DNA of 64,000 nucleotides, taken from the NCBI GenBank assembly GCA_965235115.1, contig OZ249436.1:47494001-47558000 (forward strand), given 5' to 3'. Every line of letters starts with the position of its first letter. Position 1 is the first letter of the stretch. Below, piece after piece: positions 39,887-52,989 of this stretch. Under the pieces are notes generated by a model that did not search any database, was not told the origin of the DNA, and saw nothing but the letters and a program-made list of their open reading frames with translations. The stretch is from Laetmonice hystrix. Its lineage: Eukaryota. A program made the translations under genes and the position numbers.

Positions 39887-40277
39887 GTAAGTGTAGGAAC
39901 CCTGTCAGGATAATTATAGACCTGCTCTGTTTTATACAATTATCCGTTATACAATGTCTTGTAGCGGGCAGAGTGAGGAATCAAACGACCTTGTTTGTGT
40001 TTCACGGGTTGGGTACACCAATTATATCACTAACATGTATGTAACCGAAACACTGCATGAACTACTAAACACTTTTACAACATCTACTGTCTACGTCACA
40101 GAGACGCTACTCACTACGGCACAGAGACGCTCCACTAATGAGACGGGGGGGTGGTATTCATCCAGTATAATCAATGTTAATATATCATCTAACGAAAGCG
40201 AGGCTAACAATGGATTAAATCGTTAAATTTACCACCAATGTGGTACAAGTTGTATGACAAGCCGGAAGGTGCACAAA

Positions 40278-40389
40278 CACGGGCGGATTCAGGATCTTGG
40301 AAACGGGCTCTGAGTGGTGAACTAGAAGCGTTATCACCGATTTTCAATGAAAGAGGGCGTGCGCCCCCACGCCCCCTGGATCGCCCCTG
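40278..40389. mobile_element. Short MITE-like element with GGGCGGATCCAG-type inverted ends
   Basis: Left CACGGGCGGATTCAGG, right CCTGGATCGCCCCTG (reverse complement CAGGGGCGATCCAGG); a similar left-end remnant lies near 6529-6625. Confidence 0.5.
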
Positions 40390-42164
40390 GCAAATGTCGA
40401 GCGATTTGTCTGCCAGTCGTTAGTATAAATAACGTGACTTAACCAGGACGAACCTTGACATAACCAGGACGAACAGAACTCTTCTACTGACATGAAGAAC
40501 GCGCATGTTCTCCGAACGCTGAAGCTGACATCTCTGTGTCAAGTGACGGCCCGCTTCCCCTGACAATCACAAGAAAACCAGTCCTCCCTCTCTACTCCAT
40601 CCCCCCTTGTTAAGGACCAATAGAACATTATCTTAACGAGAATATAAAAAAGAGCTCTGAGTGTAGAGATGGGTGTGTGTGTCAGGTATAACTGTTAGAA
40701 CAACCGTTCCGTAATTTGTCACGTCAACTTTCGTGTTGCGATCATTAACAAGACTTTTCCCGGCCAATGGTGCTAATGATGACACAGTAAGTTCTAACAC
40801 AGCAACAGGGCGTCACCCTGGGAAGCACAGAACACCTCGAGTTAACGACAGTCACTCAGAAACGGTTCCCATTAACTGTCATAGAGAAACTCTGTTCCCC
40901 CTGTTAATTGTTAAAAGTAGCTCACTCCGCTCTCCATGGACAGAACGAATGTGTCTCTGGTGATTCGACATGTTTATCTGTTAAAAACACCCCACCTCAC
41001 ACACCGCACGCCCCACACGGCGGCTTCCAGAGATACATGACTGGTGCTGCCACCTCGTGTTCAACCTGGTCGTATAACAAACACTTCTCGTCACGTGACC
41101 AGTTTGTTGGGCGGCTGTTGCATGACCCGAGATGTTTTACAGTCGTGGAAGATTTCTGGCATGACCAGGTCTCGGCATTTATTAGCCAACTCGTCAGCTC
41201 TGTGTTACATACAGAGCTGTCGCTAGTGTGGCCCAGTTAGGAACTTTGCTTAGCTTGCGGTGGTGTAAATCTTTAAGGCGGTGGTGTAAATCTGGATGAA
41301 TAATGGCAACTTTTATCCAGCGACTCGCGAAATCCTGAACCTTGTTTACCGGGCTGCGCCATTTTGCCTGTCTCGCGGGCGTTACGACATCTCGAATCGG
41401 GGGAGCATTCATTGTGCCATGTTGGCCCTTACAGAACGCTGTAGACCGCGGTGGTATAGAGTTGATTCAGTTGTTACCGGGTATTAATTAATTTGTAATT
41501 AACTCTACCTAGTTCTACAAGTTAATCAGCGGTATTATGAACTGCTCCCTGAGACCGGAAGTGACGTTTGCCCCCCAGTAAAAGAACATGGTGGCGGAAT
41601 GGAACGACATGTGCTGCTTCGAACAGATTTCAGCCAATTTCTATGAACAATAGGGACATAAAGATCTTCATTTCTTATGCAATCGCCCAAGAATAGGTAC
41701 CGCTTCACTGTACCATGATTTTCTTAGCGTGATTACACGGTAGGAGGGAGCGAGTAGTAGTAAGGTGATTCGATGGGATTTACAGTGGGCTTACGTACAT
41801 CTCTCGGTAGAGAGATGTATATTCCGTCTAGGCATTTATATGAGAGTGTCCCTGGTTGAATGTCAATCACAATAATTTGGAGAAACATGAAGCGTCAAAC
41901 TGGGGAGGGAAGTCGTAGTGGTATTAACATCTCGAGCGCAGCAAAAGCGACCTCTGGTGGAAGTGGAAGACCTCTCGAGCGGTGTTTGTCAGTTTGAGTT
42001 ACCTTCCGTCCGTTATACCGACTCCTGAGAGACGACACGGGTGTCTGACTGTGACCAATCTATTCTAACGTCGTCGATGTGTTCCTATTCACAATAGTTT
42101 TTACCTGCCGAGCCCAACTGTAAAGCTGCTGTATCGTGCCCTGCCTTTGTTTGTAAAACAAATG

Positions 42165-42795
42165 ATTCCGACAAGCTCCCCTCAGGGATCAGCCGCGTTA
42201 ATCTCAGCCCTGGCGGATCAACTGGTCCGGAGACAACGGTAGTATAAATTATAAACTGAATCAGAACAAATAATTCCGGTAAGTCCCTCCCATGGATCAG
42301 CCCTGGCGGATCAACTGATCCGGAGAGAACGTATTATAAAATATAACTGAATCAGAACAAATAATTCCGGTAAGTCCCTCCCACGGATCAGCCCTGGTGG
42401 ATCAACCATCCGGAGAGAACGGTATTATAAAATATAAACTACATCAGAACAAATAATTCCGTTAAGTCCCTCCCACGGATCAGCCCTGGTGGATCAACCG
42501 ATCCGGAGAGAACGGTATTATAAAATATAAACTGAATCAGAACAAATAATTCCGGTAAGTCCCTCCCATGGATCAGCCCTGGCGGATCAACTGATCCGGA
42601 GAGAACGGTATTATAAAATATAAACTACATCAGAACAAATAATTCCGGTAAGTCCCTCCCACGGATCAGCCCTGGTGGAATAATCGATCCGGAGAGAACG
42701 GTATTATAAAATATAAACTACATCAGAACAAATAATTCCGTTAAGTCCCTCCCATGGATCAGCCCTGGCGGATCAACTAATGCCGGACAGAACGG
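42165..42795. repeat. Satellite, ~93 bp unit, ~6.5 copies
   Basis: TCAGAACAAATAATTCCGGTAAGTCCCTCCCA(C/T)GGATCAGCCCTGG...; periods of 91-93 bp. Confidence 0.95.
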
Positions 42796-43084
42796 TACAT
42801 AATCTGACAACACTGCTTGATGAAAGTCACTCTCAGGAGGTTCCCTTTGTCAACATCTGAAATTAATTGTTCTACAGACAAATAATGACCTGTGGGGCAG
42901 GAGTCTAAGCAAGGCAGCTGAAATGGTCAAAGATATATTTACAATCGCGTAATATCAGCCTCCGTGTTCCTCGCTGGGCTCTGCGTGAGAGTTCATAACA
43001 GATGCGTGATTTGGTGCTGTGGTCGATATCACGTGGAATATCGCTTTCAATTTCCGTGCTGGGAGCAGCTGGCAAGTCATCGCC

Positions 43085-43200
43085 ACTGGATCCCATACAT
43101 CCGGTGGATCAAATCGACCCGGTGGATTCCCTGGGCCCGGTGGATTCACTAGGTCCGGTGGATTCACTAGGTCCGGTGGATTGACGAGTCCCGTAGATTC
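43085..43200. repeat. Degenerate 18 bp repeat, ~6 copies
   Basis: CCGGTGGAT(T/C)... every 18 bp. Confidence 0.75.
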
Positions 43201-43611
43201 ACTCGGCAAGGTCACCCACCAAATTAATTGAGTCGCCCCCTGGTGTAACTTAACGGTACCACCATCAACCGTTCATGTTGATCACATGTCATACTCACTG
43301 AGCGGTGAGGATTATCGCTTGGAAGACGAACGCCGAGTTAATCCATCCGGGAGACGTTACCAGTGTCCTGCTGACGTTGCTGGGGGTATGATCGAGGGGA
43401 GGGGGAGGGAGGGAGGGGGCGGTGTCTCCTGGTTTACCTCCTCCCTGACGCCAGGGAGAGACATGACTGTTGTTGAGCCGTCAGCCCACTCCAAGGCCTG
43501 GCCCGTGATGAATGCCGACACCAGCCACGGGTGGATACGTTTTGGCGCCCCTCGAAGTTCACTTACTCTCACTCCACTTCTCTCAGACAATACCACCCGA
43601 GTCCTCCCCGT

Positions 43612-44070
43612 CCCGGAGACAGAGCCGCTGTCAGGGGGAGTTCGGTCTGTCCCGACCCGGAGACAGAGCCGCTGTCAGGGGGAATTCGGTCTGTCCCGGA
43701 GACAGAGCCGCTGTCAGGGGGAGTTCGGTCTGTCCCGCTGCTGTCAGGGGGAGTTCTGTCTGTCCCGTCCCGGAGACAGAGCCGCTGTCAGGGGGAGTTC
43801 GGTCTATCCCGAGACAGAGCCGCTGTCAGGGGGAGTTCGGTCTGTCCCGCCGCTGTCAGGGGGAGTTCTGTCTGTCCCGACCCGGAGACATAGCCGCTGT
43901 CAGGGGGAGTTCTGTCTGTCCCGACCCGGAGACAGAGCCGCTGTCAGGGGGAGTTCTGTCTGTCCCGCCGCTGTCAGGAGTTCTGTCTATCCCGACCCGG
44001 AGACAGAGCCGCTGTCAGGGGGAGTTCTGTCTGTCCCGCCGCTGTCAGGAGTTCTGTCTATCCCGACCCG
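43612..44070. repeat. Minisatellite, ~30-45 bp mixed units
   Basis: CCGGAGACAGAGCCGCTGTCAGGGGGAGTTC(G/T)GTCT(G/A)TCCCG with internal deletions. Confidence 0.93.
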
Positions 44071-44220
44071 GAGGAGGAGAAGTTCTTGCTCCATAGCTCC
44101 GTTCTGTTCTGACTAAATGTCAAGGTAACATTTCTAACTGACGCTCACCAATGTATAATGTCTCACGGAGAGAGGCAATGGGGTGATTACCCCAAGGTAT
44201 CATTCCCACGAAAATGGCGG

Positions 44221-44492
44221 CAGGGGTAAGGGGTAAAGAACATGGGCAGTGGTAAGGGGTAGGGTAGGGGACCGGCGGGGGGTAAGGGCAGGGGCAAGGG
44301 TACGGGAGAGGGGTAAGGGGAGGGGCAGGGGTAAGAGCCAGGGGTACGGGCGAGGGGTAAGGGGACTTAGGGGAGGGACGTACGGTCCAGGGACGGGGTA
44401 AGGGATAGGAGCAGGGCAGGGGTACGGGCCAGGAGCAGGGGCAAGGGGCAGGGGGAAGGGACAAGTAAGGCACAGGCAGGGCTAGGGTTAGT
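44221..44492. repeat. Degenerate G-rich hexamer tract (GGGGTA/GGGGCA/AGGGTTAG)
   Basis: Telomere-like low-complexity tract preceded by AAAATGGCGGC. Confidence 0.8.
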
Positions 44493-47400
44493 AGAAGTTT
44501 TACGGACAGTCTTGGGACCGGGATTAGTGGCCACGATTAGGACTGGGGCCAGGAATAGTGAGAGATTGTAAGTTCTGACCACCAAAGATCGTGGAGGTGT
44601 TACCATGCGGGACCTGCCTACAATGGGACCTTTATAATGAAGGTCAGTCAGTGTGAAACTGGCCACTGGTGATGGTAACAAAAGGATAGCGTTCACTCCG
44701 TGTACAGGCCAAACAGATGCACAGTCGACACGAGATGCTCATCTCTATACGGCCCATCCATTCCCGACATGATAAAATGGCACGGAATATTTACCGATTG
44801 ATGCGGTCTCCAATTCATTTATCTACAAGTAAATGTTCCCTCGGGGTAAATTCTAAAATACAAACGAAACATCATGCTTATTGAAGTTTTCTTCAGTCCA
44901 GGCTTAGTTAAAACAGTCTAATGAAATATCAGTTTTCGTCTTCAGTCTCCACAAACAGCCTGGCGTAATTCAGTTTTTAACTCCCCACATTACGCTGCAT
45001 TCACTCCGCGTCCTGCGTATCGATCCGTGGAATACTTCTTTCTAAAATTATATTAATTTCCTTTTTATTTCTACCATTTGTGTCCATTCATTCAGCATTT
45101 CTTTTTCCCAGTGAGAATAAATACATTAGCATTGCCCATGGTCATCCTCGAAAGGAAGCCCATGTCGGTAACATGAATGAATGTATGTCATGAATGTCAT
45201 GTCATGAACGTACGTCATGAACTGCCACAAACAAGGTCATACTACTGACCTTTCCACTTATCAAACCGCATCCCTCAACAGAAAGTTAACGTAACACGAC
45301 GTTTCAATGTTCGACGTAACCACTGTTTTGTATTTTCAGATCAATATTATACAAAGACAACGAATCAGTAACTAGTCCATGAGTGATTATTCTATGATAT
45401 AAGAAATTGTCTGATTCCAAGAAGCTGTTTAATCTTCTCTGTAATTTTTTTCTTTTTCTTTTTCTTGAAAACGGTCACCATTTCAGACCTCCCATCCCTG
45501 GATTACTTTTTTCTCTTTCATCCGTGGCCGCATCTTTGCCCAAGGCTACTCACTCCTTTGACTGATCAGGCATAGACGGTCCTGATAAATACTGACAGTA
45601 TCAGTGTCGGTCTTACTGCTGACGTAAGCATTATCTGAATGGTCCAGTCACAGAGAGTGGTACATGGCCAGGCCGGTACCCTGACCGTCCGAGCGATATG
45701 TCACCTGTCTTTCAAACAGGGGGTCAGTTAATAAAAGTAACCCTTTAATCGGGGGACCGTATCAAATCTCCGCCACAAATCTTTACGAGACCTCAGTCCA
45801 ACCAACCACCGCCTTTCTGGCAGACTGTCCATGGCCGTCACCATAGCAACAATACAGAGGCGTCGCCATGACGACACAGTCCAGCACCCAGCTTACCATG
45901 TCTGTCTGTAATCTGGGCGCATTTTCTTGTGCTTCTTCGGCTTGAACGGCCGATTTAAGGTAGGTTCGTGTATGTGGGCAGCAGTGGCGGTCCATCCTCA
46001 ACATTTATCAATTCACCCAAGGTGATTCCCGCTAAACTTGACGGTATCGCTGGTCATAACATTATCATAGCTTCCATCGAACAGGCTGTCCTTATCAGAT
46101 CTATATCAACAGCATCATCGACCCTTCATTTCGAGACGGAAATCATGCCACGGTGGTTGTGGCTGAATTAGACTTCGTTCGACGTCTCTGTCGTGTCGAA
46201 TCAAGGCCTTACATTTGACGTCAATTACAACATTATTTTCGCGAGTTAAATATCAGGCAAACTGACGTCATTTCACATCATGTATTGAAATGGACAAGCG
46301 GTCTACTTCTAAGAGTTTCGCATTATAGTTTTGCGTGGAACTTGTTTATGTTGGGCATGGGAAATGTACCTCTGTTAAATGTCGCTTCGTTTTTAAAGCA
46401 GGATGGGGCGACGGTCTGCATATCCTCAAAGACATGCAAAGCTATAATAAATCATGCCCTACATTTACATTAACATGAGGAGTAAATTATGTTATTACGC
46501 TTATAAAGCAACTCGATGTAAACCACTGGGCGTGTTTTTTAGTTCGGTGTTTGATGGGACGGTTTACTTCTGGTCTATAGGCCTACACATCGAGAATTCT
46601 TGTACCAGGCTACTTCTGGAGGCCTACACATGGAGAATTCTTGTAACAGCCTGACTCATCGAGGACGGAACATGGCCGAACATGGCCGAGGAGCTCCAAA
46701 TGGTGTAAATCTCCTGCCATGCTAACCTGTACTATAAACACTACCCATTACTCATTCCGTGATCGCCACAGTCGGAGAGCATGCATCTGAAGCTCTAGCT
46801 GATTCATCTAATAGATCGTCTCTGTTAGATAATTAGTAAGAATCATTAATGAAGACCATCAACGTTGTGGCGATGACCTGTGGTACCACGACGAACGCAG
46901 GCAATGATTGATTGCACTGAAAGCGAGGCTGGCCTATAAGAGAACACGTGATTACCATGATGTCAACATTAAATCAGAAAATATCACCGTTTATATCAGC
47001 ATCCTCGCCTCATCATAACACCGTATTCCGCGGAGTAATACCAAACTAATATTCACGTCCTCAAGTACTTCTTCCCTGGTCACAAGTTCCAGCTACTTTA
47101 GACTTTTCTTCGTATGTCTCTAGCCCCCTCCCCCTTCTCCATTCGTCAAAACTTCTGTCTGTAGAGGTCAAGGCCGATTTCCCTCACAAGACACATTTTA
47201 AAAAGTCACATTGACTTTTCACGGTTTTCTTTAGAGCGTGATCGAATCCAATGCCGTCTTTGTACGTGTGACGTCAGGGCGTGTGACGTCAGTACGTGTG
47301 ACGTCAAGGCGTGTGACGGTTCGCCATCTTCATTTCAAAGAGGTAGTCTCGATCACCAGACACTTTTTTCCCGCTAGAGGCCGCTCGTCGCTCGAAAAAA

Positions 47401-48123
47401 AAGTCTGGACACAAACGCCTATCTAGGTTACACGAACACGGTGACCGTGATAGAAAACGATCGTCGCCGCTGATTGGACTAGCGCGGCATTGTGACCTAG
47501 TAACCTCGACCTTACTTTGGTCCTCTGCGCTAAATGCCGGCTCCGCGAAGTCAGGTCAGGGTGCTGACATCTGGTGGCATCAGCCCGCAGATGTCTTTGT
47601 GTCCAGTCCGTATATCCAACTTGCGGATAGGACTGGTGGTCGAGTCTATCCAAAGAGGACATCACATGTGAGTAGTGTACAGAGACACCGCCAGAGGGCA
47701 CCCAAGGTTCACACAGTGCCAGGTACTAATACTAGAGGCTCATTGATCGCCTAACGGAGTTTTTATTGAAGGTATGGTTATCCGGGAACGCTGTGTCTTT
47801 AGGGCGATGCCGTTATCTACTTAGGGTAACTGTGAAGGGTAGACGGGTTAAGAATAGATAGTTTCACAGCCCCCCAGGGGAGGTCATTTGATAATGAAGG
47901 TCTCTGAGGGTGAAGGACATCGATTATACCCAGGATGCACTGGCTGAAATCTCGTTTTACGAGACGAGGCTGCGAGACGTGCTGTCCACGGAAACGTCTC
48001 ATTTCGAATGCTATCGGTATATGTGTTGTGTCCAAATTCGGAACGGTCTGGGGGGAACCGAAACGGCCCTTGTTTCTAAGTCTGCGAGCAGTTGACGGAC
48101 GCTGACTGCAACATTACCAATCG

Positions 48124-49338
48124 AACCCTAACCGTCAGTCCCTGCCACTAGACCTCTTAAAAACGTATCCCTGCCCCTGCCCTGGCCTCTAACCCTAACC
48201 GTCAGTCCCTGCCACTAGACCTCTTAAAAACGTATCCCTGCCCCTGGCCCAGCCTCTAACCCTAACCGTCAGTCCCTGTCATTGGACCTCCTAAAATACA
48301 TATTCCTGTCCCTGGCCCGGCCTCTAACCCTAACCGTCCCCACTTTCGTGAGAATAGGGCAATAACCGACTTGAGACACCGACTGCCATTGAGAGGGTTA
48401 GAGGCTGGGCTGGGCCTAATGTATTTTTAGGAGGTCTAGTGACAGGGACTGACGGTTAGGGTTAGAGGCTGGGCCAGGGACAGGAATATGTATTTTTAGG
48501 AGGTCTAGTGACAGGGACTGACGGTTAGGTTTAGAGGCCGGGCCAGGGACAGGAATAGGTATTTTTAGGAGGTCTAGTGACAGGGACTGACGGTTAGGGT
48601 TAGAGGCTGGGCCAGGGGCAGGGATACGTTTTTAAAAGGTCTGGTGACAGGGACTGACGGTTAGGGTTAGAGGCTGGGCTGGGCCTAATGTATTTTTAGG
48701 AGGTCTAGTGACAGGGACTGGTGGTTAGGGTTAGAGGCTGGGCCAGGCCGCAGGGATACGTTTTTAAAAGGTCTAGTGACAGGGACTGACGGTTAGGGTT
48801 AGAGGCTGGGCCAGGGGCAGGGATACGTTTTTAAAAGGTCTAGTGACAGGGACTGACGGTTAGGGTTAGAGGCTGGGCTGGGCCTAATGTATTTTTAGGA
48901 GGTCTAGTGACAGGGACTGGTGGTTAGGGTTAGAGGCTGGGCCAGGCCGCAGGGATACGTTTTTAAAAGGTCTAGTGACAGGGACTGGTGGTTAGGGTTA
49001 GAGGCTGGGCCAGGGGCAGGGATACGTTTTTAAGAGGTCTAGTGACAGGGACTGACGGTTAGGGTTAGAGGCTGGGCTGGGCCTATTGTATTTTTAGGAG
49101 GTCTAGTGACAGGGACTGATGGTTAGGGTTAGAGGCCGGGCCAGGGACAGGAATATGTATATTTTTAGGAGGTCTAGTGACAGGGACTGATGGTTAGGGT
49201 TAGAGGCCGGGCCAGGGACAGGAATATGTATATTTTTAGGAGGTCTAGTGACAGGGACTGATGGTTAGGGTTAGAGGCTGGGCCAGGGACAGGAATATGT
49301 ATTTTTAGGTGGTCTAGTGACAGGGACTCGGGGTTAGG
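48124..49338. repeat. Head-to-head inverted satellite, ~64-70 bp unit: ~3 copies forward (48124-48338), ~55 bp spacer, ~14 copies reverse (48394-49338)
   Basis: AACCCTAACCGTCAGTCCCTG(C/T)CACTAGACCTC on the left; its reverse complement GAGGTCTAGTGACAGGGACTGACGGTTAGGGTT on the right. Confidence 0.93.
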
Positions 49339-51317
49339 ATAAGGTCTGAAGGACAAACCACGGCACCGGACTCTGAAACCGGCTGTTATTCCCCGAAACC
49401 GCCACCTCAAATAGTAACAAGTCTCAGGCTGATAACTCATGGTATGGTGCACTAAACCCAGCACTCGGCACACCTCGAAGATTTCCGTCAGTTTCCGTCA
49501 AATGAATCAATGCATTCGGGCGGGAATTTCTCTGACAGTGCGGGAAAAACTGACAATGCGACGGAATAATGGATTTCCGTGTACTCCCCATTACTTTGGA
49601 ACTTTTTCCAAATACATTTTTTTGACAATCTTAAGTAAAATAAAATATTACCAGAATACCGAAAGCATAAATAATGGAATTCTCAATCAAAAATCAAAGA
49701 ATGAGAACGAGTTCCTGTCAAGTAACGCATGGGATGATCCCTAGTGATTGGAAGTCCCCCTAATGATTACATTTTAATGAAGATGTAGAAAATGACAAGA
49801 ATTAAGAGCTTCGAGACATTTATATCCCTTATGGTCGCGTCGTCTATCATTTCCGATTGGTCCTCACCTGCGTCATTGTCAGTACTATCTTTGATTGACT
49901 TTGACAACAGAATAAACATTAAAGTTTTCATGTCACATTAATAATGTTCCAGCTAATAAATGCCTAATAAATAAACAGTCCAACGAAAACATCCCCTGCG
50001 TGCTGGGACTACTAGATGGAAAGGCTGTTTTCAAAGCATTAAATATTCAAATATAGGCTGCAAATCTTGGGGTTTTTTTTAATTTACATCGTTTCCACCC
50101 ATCCCCGTCAGATGGCACCACATATAACAGCTGTCACAAGCCTCGTTCTGAGTCCAATACGCGTTTTCATTGGCGTAAACCATTCAGAAAACGATCTCAT
50201 TTTTGCTGCTTGGCCTCCTCCTCAAACTAAGCAAAAATAAACCACAGAAAATAACAGATGGCGGATTGTGTCGTGTAACTCAATCGGACTGCAGGAACTC
50301 CTGAAATTAAATTAGTTCTTGGGATTCCCCCGTGCAATAATTTCCAGGACCAATATTGTCAGTGTTTCCTACTGGAAACGGCCAAGCCTCACAGCAAGCA
50401 ACATAAGTCATGAACTACTGTCATGACCCATCCAGAGAATTTCTTTAAATTATACCTAAGGTTATACGTGCAAATAATATACTTGCCACGCACCTGATTG
50501 TGTGGATAGATCCACCTGTGTTTTAATTGTACCCCGGTATCTATCAAAGAGTGACCGAGTGTCATTATGCTCCCATGTTCACGTAAACGGTAGAGTGCAC
50601 CTACCGACATGCCAGCCTGTACGGCAGTCAGATAGCTGGAGGCGACAGCATCCTCGTCAAATATGTAAACACGACTCCAGACACAAAAATAATCTACAAA
50701 TTGCCAGGTCTTAACTCGATAAACTAAATCGTTTTAGTCTGCACTAGAAGACCTTTCCTAGACGCAAGGGTAAGGTACTGGCGGTACGTAATAAAACTAC
50801 CATTTATTCATGTCAGAAAATGCGACGCCTGGCACGAGCGACTTTGCTTGTTTTAATAATGGAAGAGATGTACTAGAAGATAACATCTCACGGATGTCAT
50901 CTTCGGGGGAAACGTCAGTACCTGGACTTCCTTGATGCCAGAATCAGGTACACAGCAATAACTGAAACAGGCCTTGTATGTGGAGACTGTGTAGATTTCA
51001 CAAATAATACCAACCATTGACTGGTAGGTTTACGTGCTGTCCCCTACTGTTGGCCATCTCCAGGACGACAACAAGTCATTTATCATTCTTTCAAGGATAC
51101 AAGAGAACCCCGCACACCGCGAAAACGGTCCACCCTTTTCGACAAGTGGCAAGGGTTCTTTAAAATACAACACTGCTTGGATACGGCGTTACACACCCAT
51201 CCTTTGATGGCCCAGTCAGGAGCACTGGATGAGAGGCGGCGCCGACAGCTGGTGGTTAACCCACAACGAGCTGATTGAGGCGGCTTGACACAACCAGCAG
51301 CGCCTAAACCCACTTAC

Positions 51318-51344
51318 CCACCGCCTCCTCGTGTCCGGCAGTGA
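51318..51344 (-). CDS. 27-nt phase 1-1 microexon (VTAGHEEAV)
   Basis: gttcag|TCACTGCCGGACACGAGGAGGCGGTGG|gtaagt: consensus donor, AG-free upstream region, stop-free and frame-preserving. Confidence 0.6.
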
Positions 51345-52004
51345 CTGAACCCGTTTATATGGTGCAGACAACACAAATACCAACTTTGGGGGTGACATTT
51401 CTTGAGGCCAGTGTACGTTTATGGCTCATCATACCCGCTCGCACACAGAGCTCAAGATCGCGGAGGGAGTGTATAAAAAAATCAAAGACGTCTTTGATGA
51501 CAACTGTCTGTCCCTACAGACATTTATAATACCTGGGCCATGTGCAATAAGATGAACATTTAGGTACGTAAATGTCGTTTCTATTGCCGATCTTTCTCCC
51601 GGTGGGCCCGTACGTACCATGGTAATGTCTGCATTGAGGTCAGTATTTGAAATAAAACCCCTCATTGCAGCAAACATGAACCCCATATCGTGATAAAACA
51701 AATATCTCGCACACAGACCGGAACTTGTTATCGCATGCTCGCTGGTGCTCACGTTTGAGATCCTCTTATCCTTGGAGAGATTTTCTATACGAGACGTTAT
51801 AACGATTTCACCTGCACTCGACCCTTCAGAAAGAGTACACGTGTTTCTTTGAGCAGCACATGGTTCTAATGTTGTCACAGGTATACACGGAATCATTCAC
51901 ATTATACAATACTAGTGACAACCTAACAGCTGGTCCCCTGGCGTTCCACTAGTTCACCTTCCCATGTCTCTCACATTTTGAATTAGCAACAGCGTACGCC
52001 TGAA

Positions 52005-52130
52005 TGAAAACTTCTAAATAAGCCATTTGTAATGGAAACTTCTAAATAAGCCATTTGTGATGAAAACTTCTAAATAGGCCATTTGTAATGAAAACTTCTA
52101 AATAAGGCATTTGTAATGAAAACTTCCATA
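52005..52130. repeat. Minisatellite, 28 bp unit, ~4.5 copies
   Basis: TGAAAACTTCTAAATAAGCCATTTGTAA repeated. Confidence 0.9.
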
Positions 52131-52989
52131 TAAACTAAAAGTCATTTTGAGCGCCGGAAAAAGGCGCTGATCAAAGTCGCTCTAAATCCCGCATCTGTCT
52201 ACACATCGATCACATTTTTGGGTCAGATAGAATCTGATAGAAATGATCATTTATGCGATCTTTCAAGACTAAACTATTTTTAATTAGTCCACATTAATTC
52301 CTGACATCTTGATGAAACTCTACTCGACCAGACCCGGTTTACTGGCCGGCCGTTTATTGGAGATTAGCACACGCCTGGCTGCTCCCAGCGTGTGTTATAG
52401 GCCCAAAACCGTGAAATTATTAGAGCCATAATTCACGGGTATGACGCGTCATGAATTGACCAATCGGAGAGGGTGCTCATTCGAATTCATTGTGTTTGCC
52501 TGTCCTCGCTTCAAGGTTGTCAATAGGTAGAACTAGCAACTAATGGAGTGTTAATGGCTGAGACTTCGCAGTTGTTATAGAATTACGAGAAGAAACCCGT
52601 CTGTATAGTTCAGTTGGGTCGTTTCGATTCGATATGCCCACAGCGAACTCTGTTTACATCGTTTAAATGACGCGCCGAGTCCATTTGCCTAGTAGAGGGG
52701 ATGGCGCTATTGCTGAATGCATGGCCTTAATGTTCCGTCCAATCAGAAAGCTCCTTTTATAGGCTCGCTAAGTCAATGAAAGTCACGTGATAACGATCGA
52801 CCAATAGTGAAGCGTGGTACAAATCGGCCGGTTCAAAGGTCATTGTGGGAGGCCCCCCGACCTCAGAATGTAAACAAGATGTGGTGGCCACGTACAGTTG
52901 CTGAATGAAATCGCCGGTAAAAGCTCAACTGGGTGTAGTTTTGGCACTGTTTGAATTGTTTATAGTTATAGGTTGTGTGCTAAAGTAAA

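Noticed and set aside
45897..46004. Minus-strand donor ATG|gtaagc with a short ORF or 9-nt microexon
   Set aside because: No pyrimidine tract; the longer frames do not match phase 1.
47516..47701. Minus-strand donor AAA|gtaagg with an upstream ORF
   Set aside because: The ORF ends in phase 0, incompatible with neighbouring phase-1 introns; acceptor weak.
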